64,000 bases of DNA from Flavobacteriales bacterium (GTDB lineage Bacteria > Bacteroidota > Bacteroidia > Flavobacteriales_F > PHOS-HE28). Position 1 is the first letter of the stretch. Every line of letters starts with the position of its first letter. Shown piece by piece: positions 9,777 through 19,629 of this stretch. Below the pieces are notes generated by a model. It made no database searches. It was not told the DNA's origin and saw nothing but the letters and a program-made list of their open reading frames with translations. The stretch spans positions 520,254 to 584,253 of the forward strand of contig JADJQW010000002.1 in assembly GCA_016712535.1 (NCBI GenBank). The letters run 5' to 3'. Position numbers and translations under genes: made by a program.

Positions 9777-10795
9777 GCCCACACCGGGCTCCCCTCACTG
9801 CAATTCCTGCACATCTCGATGCTGCTGCGCGATTGCAGCAGTGAGCGCCGGAAATCGTTGTAGGCATCGCTGTGCCACAACTCGCGGAAGCCCTGCGTGC
9901 GCAGGTCACCGAGAACATGGTGCGCATCCTTGTCGAAGCAGCAGGGCACCACACGGCCGTCCCAAGTGATCACGCAGCTGTGCCACATCTTCCAGCAGTT
10001 GTCCTCGAGCTTGTTCTTCACCTCCCACACGCCTGAGTCGCTGCGCCGATAGCGCGCGTATTCGTCCTGCGAGGGGATCAGCGGGTGATCGTCCTTCGGA
10101 TCGTAGATCTGCGCCGTCTTCAGCCAGAGCTCATCCACGCCCAGTTCGCGGGCCATCTTGCGCGCCTCGGGGATCTGGTGCTCATTGGGCTTCACCACCA
10201 GGAACTGGAAGACCACATGCGGCGTTCGGCTCTTCAGCCTGCGCTTCCACTCGACGATGCGCTTCGTGCCTTCGATCACCTTCGAGAGCTCGCCTTCGCG
10301 CCGGTATTGCGCATAGGTCTCTTGCGTGGTGCCATCGAGCGAGATGATGAGCCGCGACAGTCCGCTGCGCACGGTGGCCTCGGCTTTCGCATCGTCGAGG
10401 AAGTGCGCGTTGGTGCTGGTGGCGGTGTAGAGTCCCTTCTCATGAGCGTAGCGCACCATGTCCAGGAAGCCGGGATTGATGTACGGCTCCCCTTGGAAGT
10501 AGAAGGTGAGGGCCCAGATGTCCGGTGCGAGCTCGTCGATGACGCGCGTGAAGAGGTCCTGCTTCAGATTGCCCGTGGGCCGGGTGAAGCTGCGGAGGCC
10601 GCTGGGGCATTCGGGGCAGCGCAGGTTGCAGGCCGTGGTGGGCTCGAAGCTGATGCTGAAGGGCAGGGCGCCGATGCGGGGCTCTCTCGTTCGCTTGGCG
10701 CGTTGGAAGCTGGCCCAAAGCGCGGCGGCATTGCGCAAGCGCCGAGGCGTCGCATAGCGGCCCCATTCCAGCGCATCCTTCGCCCGCGCGATCAT
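9773..10795 (-). CDS. Radical SAM / SPASM-domain protein (HpnH-like layout, inferred)
   Basis: CNLRCPEC (CX3CX2C) cluster near the N-terminus and a Cys-rich C-terminal SPASM-like region (PCCFDKD...MCRNCSEG). Start chosen at Met 10795; the longer ORF extends to 10981. Converges on frr with a 4-bp overlap. Diverges from the MMPL gene. Confidence 0.7.
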   Translation of the reverse strand: MIARAKDALEWGRYATPRRLRNAAALWASFQRAKRTREPRIGALPFSISFEPTTACNLRCPECPSGLRSFTRPTGNLKQDLFTRVIDELAPDIWALTFYFQGEPYINPGFLDMVRYAHEKGLYTATSTNAHFLDDAKAEATVRSGLSRLIISLDGTTQETYAQYRREGELSKVIEGTKRIVEWKRRLKSRTPHVVFQFLVVKPNEHQIPEARKMARELGVDELWLKTAQIYDPKDDHPLIPSQDEYARYRRSDSGVWEVKNKLEDNCWKMWHSCVITWDGRVVPCCFDKDAHHVLGDLRTQGFRELWHSDAYNDFRRSLLQSRSSIEMCRNCSEGSPVWA

Positions 10796-10874
10796 GCGAG
10801 CAAGGTAGATCGATGGCCTAGGCCGGAAAGCGTTCCTTTGCCCGGCGCCGGAAATGGCTGGCGCGCGATCATCC

Positions 10875-13283
10875 ATGTGGGCCTGGCTCAGCAGCCGCAT
10901 CCTCCGCAACCGCAACGGCATCCTGGTGGTACTGGGCATGATGACGCTATTCATGGGCTGGGGCATGAGCCGCGTGCGCATGAGCTACCGTTACGGTGGC
11001 CTGCTCCCCAAGGACGATAGCGCTTACGTGCAGTACGAGCGCCTGCTGAGCCGCTTCAGCGAGGATGGCAATGTGATCGTGCTGGCGGTGGAGGACGAAC
11101 GCCTGGCCCAGGTGGGGAACTACCGCGCTTGGTGGCAATTGGGAACCGACCTTAAGGAGCAGCCCGGCGTCGATTCGGTATTCTCTGAGGCTCATCTCTT
11201 CAACTTGCTGCGCGACGATAGCCTCAAGCGCTTCCGCCTGCGCTCAATGGTCCCGGAGCCGCCCCGCACGCAGGCGGAGGCCGACAGCATCCGCGCGCTG
11301 GTGCGCACATTGCCGTTCTACCGCGACCTGCTTTACAACGACAGCACGGGTGCCAGCCTCATGATGGTGTTCGTGAACCCCGAGCGCTTCAACAGCGAGC
11401 AGCGAGGTGACATGGTGGAGTTGATTGATGCACGCGTGCGCGAGTTCGAGGCGACCGGCTTCAAGGTGCGCCGCAGCGGGCTGCCGTACATCCGCACGGT
11501 GGTCACCGGCCTCACCAAGTCGGAGCTGCGACTCTTCACCGGCCTCATGCTGCTGGTGGTGGCGGTGCTGCTGTTGCTCTTCTTCCGGAGCTGGCGCGTC
11601 ATGCTCACCTGCCTCACCGTGGTTGCGGTGGCCGTGGTCTGGGCGTTGGGCACCATCGGCTTGCTGGGCTATCCGATCACGCTCGTGATGGCCATCATGC
11701 CGCCGCTGATCGTGGTGATCGGAATCCCCAATTGCATATTCCTCATCAACAAGTACCACCAGGAGTACGCGGCGCACCGGAACAGGGTGAAGGCGCTGGG
11801 CCGGGTGGTGTACCGCGTGGGCCGGGCCTCCTTCATGACCAACGCCACAACGGCGGTCGGGTTCGGGTCTTTCGTGATCACCTACAGTGATACGCTGCGC
11901 CAATTCGGACTCGTGGCCTCTCTGAACATCATGGCCGTCTTCGCGCTGAGCCTGCTGCTCGTGCCCATCCTCTTCAGCCTGCAAGGCGAACCGAAGGAGC
12001 GCCACCTGGCCCATCTCGACCGCCGCTGGGTGGATAAAGCGACCTCCGGGCTCGAGCGCATCGTGCTGCATCATCGTCCATTGGTTTATGCGGTCACGGT
12101 CATGGTGGTGGTGGTGGGCCTCGTGGGAGTCTCAAGGCTGCGCAGCGATACGCGCGTGGTGGACGACCTGCCGCAGGATCATGCCATCATGGAGGACCTG
12201 CGTTTCCTGGAACAGCGCTTCGGTGGCGTGATGCCTTTGGAGGTGATGGTGGATACGCGCAAGAAAGGGCAGGTGCTGAAGGAGTCGAACCTAAAGCGCC
12301 TGGCGCGCCTGCAGGATTCACTCGCCACCTATCCGGAACTCTCTCGCTCGCTCTCCGTCGCTGATGCGGTCAAGTTCATCAAGCAATCGTTCTACGGCGG
12401 GGATCCCGAGCGATATGCGCTCCTGGCCGGAACGGAGAAGACCTTCATCCTGCCCTACCTCGAGCCGGCCTCAGGGCAGGATGGCGTGGCGCGCGGCTTC
12501 ATCGATGCCGACCGCCGATCGACACGCGTCACCGTGCAGGTGGCCGACATCGGGACCTTGCGCATGGATCCCCTGCTGGCGCGCATGCGCGTGCAGGTCG
12601 ATTCGCTATTCCCTCCGGATAAGTTCGATGCGGTGATCACCGGTACGAGCGTCGTGTTCCTTGAGGGCAGCAAGTACATGGTGAAGAACCTGGCGGTTTC
12701 GCTGGTGATGGCCGTGGTGCTGATCGCTGGCCTGATGGCCCTATTGCTCGGTTCCGTGCGCATGGTGCTCATCTCGCTCGTTCCCAACCTGGTGCCGTTG
12801 GTCGCCACCGCCGGCCTCATGGGCTACCTGGGCATTCCGATCAAGCCCAGCACGATCCTCGTATTCAGCGTGGCCTTCGGCATCGCCGTGGATGATGCCA
12901 TCCATTACCTGTCCCGCTACCGCATGGAGATCAAGCACGCCTCCGGCACGATCCGGCAAGCCGTGCTCTCGGCGCTGCACGAGGCCGGTGTGAGCATGAT
13001 GTACACCAGCATCGTGCTCTTCAGCGGCTTCTCGCTCTTCAGCTTCTCCGAATTCGGGGGCACGCAAGCGTTGGGCCTGCTCATCTCCTTCACCCTGCTG
13101 GTGGCCATGTTCACCAACCTGATCATCCTGCCATCGCTCCTGCTCAGTTTCGAGCGCAGCGTGACGGCCAAGAGCTTCCGTGAACCCTTGCTGGACATCC
13201 TCGACGAGGACCCGGACATCAACATCGAGGAGCTTCAGATCGAAGGCGAAGGCACCCGAACGAATACCGAGAACAGGACTTGA
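10875..13283 (+). CDS. MMPL / RND-superfamily exporter (two 6-TM bundles with large periplasmic loops, HpnN-like architecture)
   Basis: About 800 aa. Two blocks of hydrophobic helices ([14 protein letters not shown]...; [17 protein letters not shown]...) separated by soluble domains, as in MMPL/HpnN-type lipid exporters. Start at Met 10875. Confidence 0.75.
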   Translation: MWAWLSSRILRNRNGILVVLGMMTLFMGWGMSRVRMSYRYGGLLPKDDSAYVQYERLLSRFSEDGNVIVLAVEDERLAQVGNYRAWWQLGTDLKEQPGVDSVFSEAHLFNLLRDDSLKRFRLRSMVPEPPRTQAEADSIRALVRTLPFYRDLLYNDSTGASLMMVFVNPERFNSEQRGDMVELIDARVREFEATGFKVRRSGLPYIRTVVTGLTKSELRLFTGLMLLVVAVLLLLFFRSWRVMLTCLTVVAVAVVWALGTIGLLGYPITLVMAIMPPLIVVIGIPNCIFLINKYHQEYAAHRNRVKALGRVVYRVGRASFMTNATTAVGFGSFVITYSDTLRQFGLVASLNIMAVFALSLLLVPILFSLQGEPKERHLAHLDRRWVDKATSGLERIVLHHRPLVYAVTVMVVVVGLVGVSRLRSDTRVVDDLPQDHAIMEDLRFLEQRFGGVMPLEVMVDTRKKGQVLKESNLKRLARLQDSLATYPELSRSLSVADAVKFIKQSFYGGDPERYALLAGTEKTFILPYLEPASGQDGVARGFIDADRRSTRVTVQVADIGTLRMDPLLARMRVQVDSLFPPDKFDAVITGTSVVFLEGSKYMVKNLAVSLVMAVVLIAGLMALLLGSVRMVLISLVPNLVPLVATAGLMGYLGIPIKPSTILVFSVAFGIAVDDAIHYLSRYRMEIKHASGTIRQAVLSALHEAGVSMMYTSIVLFSGFSLFSFSEFGGTQALGLLISFTLLVAMFTNLIILPSLLLSFERSVTAKSFREPLLDILDEDPDINIEELQIEGEGTRTNTENRT

Positions 13284-13284
13284 C

Positions 13285-14148
13285 ATGAAAGGAATCATCC
13301 TCGCCGGTGGATCCGGCACCCGCCTGCATCCGCTCACCCTGGCCGTGAGCAAGCAGCTCATGCCCGTGTACGATAAGCCCATGATCTACTATCCCCTGAG
13401 CACGCTCATGGCCGCTGGGATACGCGAGATCCTGTTGATCAGCACGCCGCACGACCTGCCCCACTTCCGCAAGCTCCTGGGCGATGGCTCCGCTATGGGA
13501 TGCGTATTCACCTATGCCGAGCAGCCCGTCCCGAACGGATTGGCGCAGGCCTTCGTGATCGGGCGCGAGCACGTGGGAAGCGATCCCGTAGCGCTCATCC
13601 TCGGCGATAACATCTTCTATGGCGGCGGCTTGGGGCGAATGCTCAGCCGCCACACCACGCCCGATGGCGGATTGGTGTTCGCCTACCATGTGAGCGACCC
13701 AGAGCGCTATGGCGTGGTGGACTTCGATGCCGATGGCAAGGTGCTCAGCATCGAAGAGAAGCCGGCGAAGCCGAAGAGCAACTATGCCGTGCCCGGCCTC
13801 TATTTCTATGACAACAGCGTGCTCGATATCGCCCGGGACCTGAAGCCAAGCGCGCGGGGCGAGTACGAGATCACCGACGTGAACAAGGAGTACCTGCGGC
13901 GCGGCAAGCTGCGCGTGGAGCTGCTCGATCGCGGCACGGCCTGGCTCGACACGGGGACCTTCGCCTCGCTGATGCAGGCCGGGCAGTTCGTGCAGGTGAT
14001 CGAGGAGCGGCAGGGCTTGCGCATCGGCTGCATCGAAGAGGTGGCCTGGAAGAAAGGATGGATCACCGACGAACGATTGGAGGAGCTCGCGCGTCCGCTC
14101 ACGAAGAGCGGCTACGGGCAGTACCTGCTCTCGTTGCTTAAGCGCTGA
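13285..14148 (+). CDS. rfbA: Glucose-1-phosphate thymidylyltransferase
   Basis: [54 protein letters not shown]... Canonical RmlA/RfbA. Confidence 0.85.
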   Translation: MKGIILAGGSGTRLHPLTLAVSKQLMPVYDKPMIYYPLSTLMAAGIREILLISTPHDLPHFRKLLGDGSAMGCVFTYAEQPVPNGLAQAFVIGREHVGSDPVALILGDNIFYGGGLGRMLSRHTTPDGGLVFAYHVSDPERYGVVDFDADGKVLSIEEKPAKPKSNYAVPGLYFYDNSVLDIARDLKPSARGEYEITDVNKEYLRRGKLRVELLDRGTAWLDTGTFASLMQAGQFVQVIEERQGLRIGCIEEVAWKKGWITDERLEELARPLTKSGYGQYLLSLLKR

Positions 14149-14150
14149 GC

Positions 14151-15104
14151 ATGCGGACCTTGGAAGAGCATCAGGCGGCCGTGGAGGCGCGCATCGCGCA
14201 ATGGTGCGGCGCCTTGCCGAAGGGCGACCTCTATGCGCCCATGGATTACCTGCTGCACCTCCCAGCGAAGCGCGTCCGCCCAGTGGCCACGCTCCTGGCC
14301 TGTGAGCTCTTCGGCGGCGATCCCGATGCCGCCCTCGATGCCGCTCTCGGAGTCGAGCTCTTCCACAACTTCACGCTGATGCACGATGACATCATGGATG
14401 CATCGCCCATCCGGCGCGGGCAGCCCACCGTGCATGTGCGCTGGGGCGCCAACATGGCCATCCTCAGCGGCGATGCCATGCTGGTGAAAGCCTACCAGTG
14501 CATGGGCGCCGACGCGCGCGCGCTGGCTGCATTCAATTCCTGCGCGCTGCAAGTGTGCGAAGGCCAGGAGCTCGACATGGCGTATGAGCAGGCCAGCGCA
14601 GTGACCGCTGATCAATACATGGGCATGATCCGTCGCAAGACTGCCGTGCTGCTGGCAGGCGCGTTGGAGATCGGCGCCATCAAAGCGGGCGCCAGCGAGC
14701 AGCAGCAGCGCATGATCGGCCGCTTCGGCGAGCAGCTCGGATTGGCCTTCCAGCTCCGCGATGATCACATCGATGCATTCGGTGATCCCGGCGTGACCGG
14801 CAAGCAGCGGGGGGGGGATCTGCGCGCAGGCAAAAAGACCTGGCTGCTGATCCGCGGGCTCGAGCTGGAGCGTGCGCATGGCGGCGGCGCGCTCACCACC
14901 GCTGTCGGCCAACTGAGCATCGCACGCGATGTAGGCGCCATGGTGGAAGCGCTCATCACCCTCGGAGTGCGCGAGGAATCCGATGCCCTGATCCGCGCAA
15001 CGGAACAGGTGGCCATGGATGCGCTCGACAGCTTGGACGTGGCCGAAGGACGCAAGGCGCCCTTGCGCAAGCTCGCCATGGGCTTGATGGGGAGGAAGAG
15101 CTAG
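14151..15104 (+). CDS. Polyprenyl diphosphate synthase (trans-isoprenyl diphosphate synthase family)
   Basis: Two Asp-rich motifs, LMHDDIMD and QLRDDHIDAFGD, with the characteristic spacing. Chain-length specificity cannot be told from sequence. Confidence 0.8.
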   Translation: MRTLEEHQAAVEARIAQWCGALPKGDLYAPMDYLLHLPAKRVRPVATLLACELFGGDPDAALDAALGVELFHNFTLMHDDIMDASPIRRGQPTVHVRWGANMAILSGDAMLVKAYQCMGADARALAAFNSCALQVCEGQELDMAYEQASAVTADQYMGMIRRKTAVLLAGALEIGAIKAGASEQQQRMIGRFGEQLGLAFQLRDDHIDAFGDPGVTGKQRGGDLRAGKKTWLLIRGLELERAHGGGALTTAVGQLSIARDVGAMVEALITLGVREESDALIRATEQVAMDALDSLDVAEGRKAPLRKLAMGLMGRKS

Positions 15105-15108
15105 GCCA

Positions 15109-16005
15109 TCACGCCAGGTCGCGCAGGGCATCATCGAGCAACGTGATCCTGGAGGCCACGCCTGCCACTTTCGCCCGCTCAGCGCGCATCGGCGATCCCT
15201 CGAGCAGCAGTCCGGCCATTTCACCGAAGGCCGCCTTCAGCAGGAAGCCCGGAACCGGCGGGAGCCAGAAAGGCCTGCCCACCGCACGCGCAACGCTGCG
15301 CATGAAGTCCGCATTCGTGGCATTGCCGCCCAGCACGTTGTACGCGCCGTGCATAGGCCTTTCATCCAAGGCGTGGAGGTAAGCGCGCACCAGGTCATCG
15401 ATGTGGATCCACGGCATCCATTGCCTGCCGCTGCCCAGCGCGGCGGCCAGCCCCCAGCGCGCAGGAGCGGCGAGCTTCGGCCATGCGCCGCCATCGCGGG
15501 CCAGCACCACGGGCGTGCGCAGCTTCACCACGCGGCAGAGCGCGCCCCATTCGTCCACGGCGCGCTCCCATTCCACAGTGATGCGCGCGATGGTATCGGT
15601 GCCCGGCGGATCACTCTCGCTGAACGGATCATCGCGCGTCACCGCGCCATAGTACCCTGAGCCCGATGCGCTCACGAAGCACTCGGGCGCGCATCCGTTC
15701 TCTTGGACAGCACGCAACAGGAGCCGGGCGGAAGCGGCGCGGCTCGCGATCAGCTCCGCCACGCGCGCCTTCGTCCAGCGCTTGTCGGCGATGCCCGACC
15801 CTGCCAGATGAACGATGCGATCGGCCCCATGCAGCGCATCCGGATCGATGCGGCCCTGCTTCACGTCCCACGCGAAAGCGCGGACACTGCCGTGGGTTCC
15901 AGCGCGTCTGCTGAGCCAGCGCACCTCGTGGCCTTGGGCGAGCAGTGCTTGAGTGAGCTTCCGCCCGATCATGCCGCTTCCGCCGGTGATGAGCACGATG
16001 GACAT
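15109..16005 (-). CDS. NAD-dependent epimerase/dehydratase-family protein of the TIGR01777 (YfcH-like) type
   Basis: MSIVLITGGSGMIGRKL N-terminal Rossmann motif and ~300-aa length, like YfcH-type atypical SDRs. Confidence 0.65.
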   Translation of the reverse strand: MSIVLITGGSGMIGRKLTQALLAQGHEVRWLSRRAGTHGSVRAFAWDVKQGRIDPDALHGADRIVHLAGSGIADKRWTKARVAELIASRAASARLLLRAVQENGCAPECFVSASGSGYYGAVTRDDPFSESDPPGTDTIARITVEWERAVDEWGALCRVVKLRTPVVLARDGGAWPKLAAPARWGLAAALGSGRQWMPWIHIDDLVRAYLHALDERPMHGAYNVLGGNATNADFMRSVARAVGRPFWLPPVPGFLLKAAFGEMAGLLLEGSPMRAERAKVAGVASRITLLDDALRDLA

Positions 16006-16020
16006 GGACGCTAAACAACA

Positions 16021-16046
16021 ACGGGCGCCGAAGGATCGGCGCCCGT
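16021..16046 (-). terminator. Hairpin (9-bp stem ACGGGCGCC/GGCGCCCGT) followed on the minus strand by UGUUGUUUAG; candidate terminator for the 16067..18115 gene
   Basis: Inverted repeat read directly, 20 bp downstream (minus sense) of the stop at 16067. Confidence 0.45.
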
Positions 16047-16066
16047 TGACATTTCGTTGGATCTGA

Positions 16067-18115
16067 TCAGCGGATGAGCTCGAAGCGGGCCACGGTCATG
16101 GAGCCATCCGGCCGCGTGATGCGCAGGGCATAGCTGCCATTGACCAGCGAGGCAGGAAGGTCAATGGTGTTGACACCGCTCCTGAGCTGAGTGCTCCAAG
16201 CCAAGCGCCCCGAGGGGTCGATCGCCTCAGCGCGCGACGGCAGCTCGGCACCAATGATGAGCGTGCCATGGCTCGGGTTCGGGTGCAAAGTCAAGTTAGT
16301 TGCTGTTTCTGCCACGCCGAGTGTCAGGCAATAGGGGTCGCCCGGATCCACGAAATTCACTCGCACGCAGGCCGTATCCGAACCGCACTGAGGGTGGAAC
16401 ACGATGTAGCAGTAGTCCCCTTCGGAGCTCATGGTGGGGTCGAACGTGCCGCTGGCGGGTTGCTCCTCGAAGAACCAGGATCCATCAGGATCAGGCGTTC
16501 CCAATAGCGAATCGAGCAGGTTGAAGGCATCCTGTTGGGGGCACGCAAGGATGGAGTTGGATTCGCCGGCATTCGGGGCAGGAATCAGGTTCACCGAGAA
16601 GACCGCCGCATCGCTGCCACAGCCGTTGCTCACGGTGTAGGTATAGTCCCCGGGAAGGCTCACTTCCGGCCCATCGCTCCACACGCCTCCATCGGCGCCG
16701 TTCACGTAGTCGGAAAGATCCACGGAGCTGTTGACGCATATTCCAATGACAGCGTCGGTGCCAGCATCCGGCGCTGTGCCGGGGACCACATCGATCACCG
16801 CGCTGTCCTCCCCGCATGCGCTTTGAACAGTGTAGGTATAGGCGCCTACCGCGCTCACGATCGGACCATCGCTCCAGGTTCCGCCATCCTCGCCTGTCAC
16901 GTAGTCGTCGAGGTCAATCACTTCGCCGGGGCAGAGCGGAACCGTGGCATCAGCCCCCGCGCCCGCGTTCGCGAGCACGTCGATGCTGTATGTGTACACC
17001 TGGGTGCCGATCACCGGGCACGCATCATCAGTCGCGGTGATGGTGAAGAGGTAGTTGCCCGCCGGTGCGGAACCATCCAGGCAAACAGCGGCCGACGCAG
17101 GATTGCCCGGTGTCAGCTCGATGCTCCCGCCCGGGATGGCGAAGTTGCTTTCCAAGCTCACCGTCTGCCCGGCATCGGCATCCGTGATGGCTGCGGTGAA
17201 GCAACCGGCGCCGCACGCGATGATCGCGTACGGTTCCGTGGCGGAGATGGCGCCGGTGATATCCGTAGCCACGCCGCTGGCCGTATCGGGCACGATGTTA
17301 TCGCACACCTGCGCGATGAAGGGGAAGTCGCGCATGATGGTGCCCCGCCAAACGCCGTTCGCATCGCGCACCTCGATGGCGATCACGCATACGATGTAGC
17401 CCTGCCCCAGCGCCGTGAAGGTGATCTGGCCGGTGAGGCTATCGATCGCAAGACCGGTGTAAGGCTCGGGCCCCGTGAAAGGCGATTGGTAGCCCACGGA
17501 TTGGATGTCGAGGTTCAAGGGGTCAGCGTTGAGCAGGCGGCGCGCCTCGATCAGGCGGAAGCGCAGTTGCTGTCCTTGGGTGAAGATCACGCCGGGGTCG
17601 TAGCTCACCGGCTGATTCACGCAAACAAGCGGTGGCGTGTTGTCGCTGAAGCTCGGGTACTCGATGCAGGTGCCGCCTTCGTTGTTCACCAAGGCTTCGA
17701 TGTAGATGCCCTGCGACCCTTGCAGGTTCAGCGCAGGGAATCGGCAGCAGGTGCTCCAGTAGATGCGCCAGAAATCGCACGGACTGAGGAAGACGTTGGT
17801 GCGGTACGTGTACTCTTCAATGCCGATCAGGTTCCCGCCATCGCAAGTGGTCTGGTCGGCTTGTCCTTCGCAGATCGGTGAGACATTGGCCATGGAGATC
17901 AGCGGGATATCATCGAGCGTGAATGTCACTCCGCATGAGCTCACGAAGTTGATGGACTGTGAGATCATCGGCACCCCGGTGCATTCGCGCCAGAGCTTCA
18001 GGGTGACCTCGTGCTGGTTGCCGCTCACGCAGCGCACGGAAATGTTGCCGCCGGGCAGGTGCTCGGCCAGGGCAGGCAAGGCCCAAAGAAGAAGGGAGAG
18101 TGTCAGGATGCGCAT
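16067..18115 (-). CDS. Cell-surface adhesin-like protein with Ig-like tandem units and a T9SS type-A C-terminal sorting domain
   Basis: Signal peptide MRILTLSLLLWALPALA (Met 18115). Duplicated units DYVTGEDGGTWSDGPIVSAVGAYTYTVQSACGEDSAV / DYVNGADGGVWSDGPEVSLPGDYTYTVSNGCGSDAAV. C-terminus LTLHPNPSHGTLII...GSYALRITRPDGS is a T9SS CTD. Confidence 0.65.
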   Translation of the reverse strand: MRILTLSLLLWALPALAEHLPGGNISVRCVSGNQHEVTLKLWRECTGVPMISQSINFVSSCGVTFTLDDIPLISMANVSPICEGQADQTTCDGGNLIGIEEYTYRTNVFLSPCDFWRIYWSTCCRFPALNLQGSQGIYIEALVNNEGGTCIEYPSFSDNTPPLVCVNQPVSYDPGVIFTQGQQLRFRLIEARRLLNADPLNLDIQSVGYQSPFTGPEPYTGLAIDSLTGQITFTALGQGYIVCVIAIEVRDANGVWRGTIMRDFPFIAQVCDNIVPDTASGVATDITGAISATEPYAIIACGAGCFTAAITDADAGQTVSLESNFAIPGGSIELTPGNPASAAVCLDGSAPAGNYLFTITATDDACPVIGTQVYTYSIDVLANAGAGADATVPLCPGEVIDLDDYVTGEDGGTWSDGPIVSAVGAYTYTVQSACGEDSAVIDVVPGTAPDAGTDAVIGICVNSSVDLSDYVNGADGGVWSDGPEVSLPGDYTYTVSNGCGSDAAVFSVNLIPAPNAGESNSILACPQQDAFNLLDSLLGTPDPDGSWFFEEQPASGTFDPTMSSEGDYCYIVFHPQCGSDTACVRVNFVDPGDPYCLTLGVAETATNLTLHPNPSHGTLIIGAELPSRAEAIDPSGRLAWSTQLRSGVNTIDLPASLVNGSYALRITRPDGSMTVARFELIR

Positions 18116-18218
18116 ATGCCCAGGTTTTAAGGATCGACAATGTAGAAACGCTGGGCACACCACCAAGCCCAGGCCCATGCATGCGCGCTCGGCCCACAGG
18201 CTGCTCAAGGTGGACCGC

Positions 18219-19091
18219 CTATCGCGCCCGCTCCAGCGCCTTCAGGTCCTCCTCGATGAAGCCTTCCTTCTTGCCGAAGATGGCCGCATCGTCGCGCAGG
18301 TACATCAGCTCGCCGGTACCGGCATTGAACACGCGCTTGAAGCAGTGCTTGTTCTTGTGGTCGCCGATGGTGATCACCGCATCGCTCACGGTCTTGGTGC
18401 GGTCCTGGGCCTCAATGGCGGCGATCGCATCTCCGATCCGGAAGGGTGAGGTATAGACCGCCTTGATGGCCTCGGCGCCCGGCAGGCTCTTGTCCAAGTG
18501 CTCCTTGCTGAAGAGCAGTTCCGTCTCGCGCACCAGTCGGGTGCGGCTCGCATACAGGCGATCGGCGGTGGCCATGTCGATGACCTTGCCGCCCTCCACC
18601 TGCTTGAGGTAGTCCTGCAAGTGCTTCACGTAGATGGTGATCATCGCTGCGGCCTTACCATCGGCAATGGCCTTGGGATCGATGAGGATCGAGGCCAGCT
18701 CCTGCTCGGCTCCGATGCCGGTGAAGCAATTGTCGGTCTGTTGCAGGGCATCGCCTTTCTTCTGCTTCCATCCTTTCACCACCGCCATGAAGCTGCCTTC
18801 GAACTTCACGGGGTCCGTGCGCCGTGTCTTCATCAGGTAGGTCCTGTCGGCGCTGATGGGTTGCATGCCGAGATCGGCCACGGTGATGAAGTCCACTGAG
18901 GCATTGAACTTCCATTCCGCCTTCACCGCGTTCATCAACGCGCGGTTGTACGGAGAATCGCCAGCATCGAGCACCACCACCAGCGGAAGCGCCTTCGCGG
19001 CCTTCACGGCCGGAGCGGCGAAGGAGCCGTACTGCGCGAGTGCGATGAGCGGAGCGGCGGTGAGCGTGACGAGGAATGAGCGGAGGAGCAT
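18219..19091 (-). CDS. Hypothetical secreted/periplasmic protein
   Basis: Signal peptide MLLRSFLVTLTAAPLIALAQ from Met 19091. No recognised domain. GC3-rich codon usage. Confidence 0.5.
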   Translation of the reverse strand: MLLRSFLVTLTAAPLIALAQYGSFAAPAVKAAKALPLVVVLDAGDSPYNRALMNAVKAEWKFNASVDFITVADLGMQPISADRTYLMKTRRTDPVKFEGSFMAVVKGWKQKKGDALQQTDNCFTGIGAEQELASILIDPKAIADGKAAAMITIYVKHLQDYLKQVEGGKVIDMATADRLYASRTRLVRETELLFSKEHLDKSLPGAEAIKAVYTSPFRIGDAIAAIEAQDRTKTVSDAVITIGDHKNKHCFKRVFNAGTGELMYLRDDAAIFGKKEGFIEEDLKALERAR

Positions 19092-19151
19092 GTGTTCGGT
19101 TTTTTCTTCGCCGGGCGAAAGTAGTGCCATGCGGTACGGACCTTTGAGGCC

Positions 19152-19529
19152 ATGAGCGAGGAGGCCAACACATCGCTGTCGAAAGGCGAGCTGGATGGCC
19201 TGCGCCCCTGGCTCGATCGCGCTGAAGTGCTCACATCGACCGTGCAGCAGCTCCGCAAGGACCTCGCGCTCGCAGAGGCGGACTTGCCGGAGCCTGGAGC
19301 GGTGGAGGGGGCCTTTGAGGAATTGCGTGCCGGAGTGCTTGCGCGACTCATGGAATTGGAGCGGGGAAGCGGGAATGCGGTGCAAACGGCCATGTACCGC
19401 GTCGACATCCCCGAGCGCCACTTGCAGCGCGCATTGGAAAGCGGAGGGCTCCACGCATTGGCCGGTGAATGCGTGCTCCGCGCGCTCCAGAAGGTATTGA
19501 CCCGCCTGCGCTTCGCGGGCCGATTCTGA
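19152..19529 (+). CDS. Small hypothetical protein (125 aa)
   Basis: ATG-initiated, GC3-rich ORF in the gap between the 18219..19091 gene and sucA. No recognisable family. Confidence 0.35.
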   Translation: MSEEANTSLSKGELDGLRPWLDRAEVLTSTVQQLRKDLALAEADLPEPGAVEGAFEELRAGVLARLMELERGSGNAVQTAMYRVDIPERHLQRALESGGLHALAGECVLRALQKVLTRLRFAGRF

Positions 19530-19629
19530 GCCTTGGCAATCGGGCTCCATTTGTGGATTCGGTCGTTCACAACCACCGACCGTCACATCCTTCAACCCCC
19601 AGCCGCAGGAATACCTTTGCGCCGCCTCC

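Noticed and set aside
10796-10981. Upstream 62-codon extension of the radical-SAM ORF
   Set aside because: It would overlap the start of the divergently transcribed MMPL gene. The internal Met 10795 gives a typical distance (~55 aa) to the CX3CX2C cluster. This is uncertain, and a start at 10876 cannot be excluded.
16535-17881. 448-aa plus-strand ORF
   Set aside because: Antisense to the adhesin-like T9SS gene (16067..18115). Translation is Arg/Ala/Gly low-complexity.
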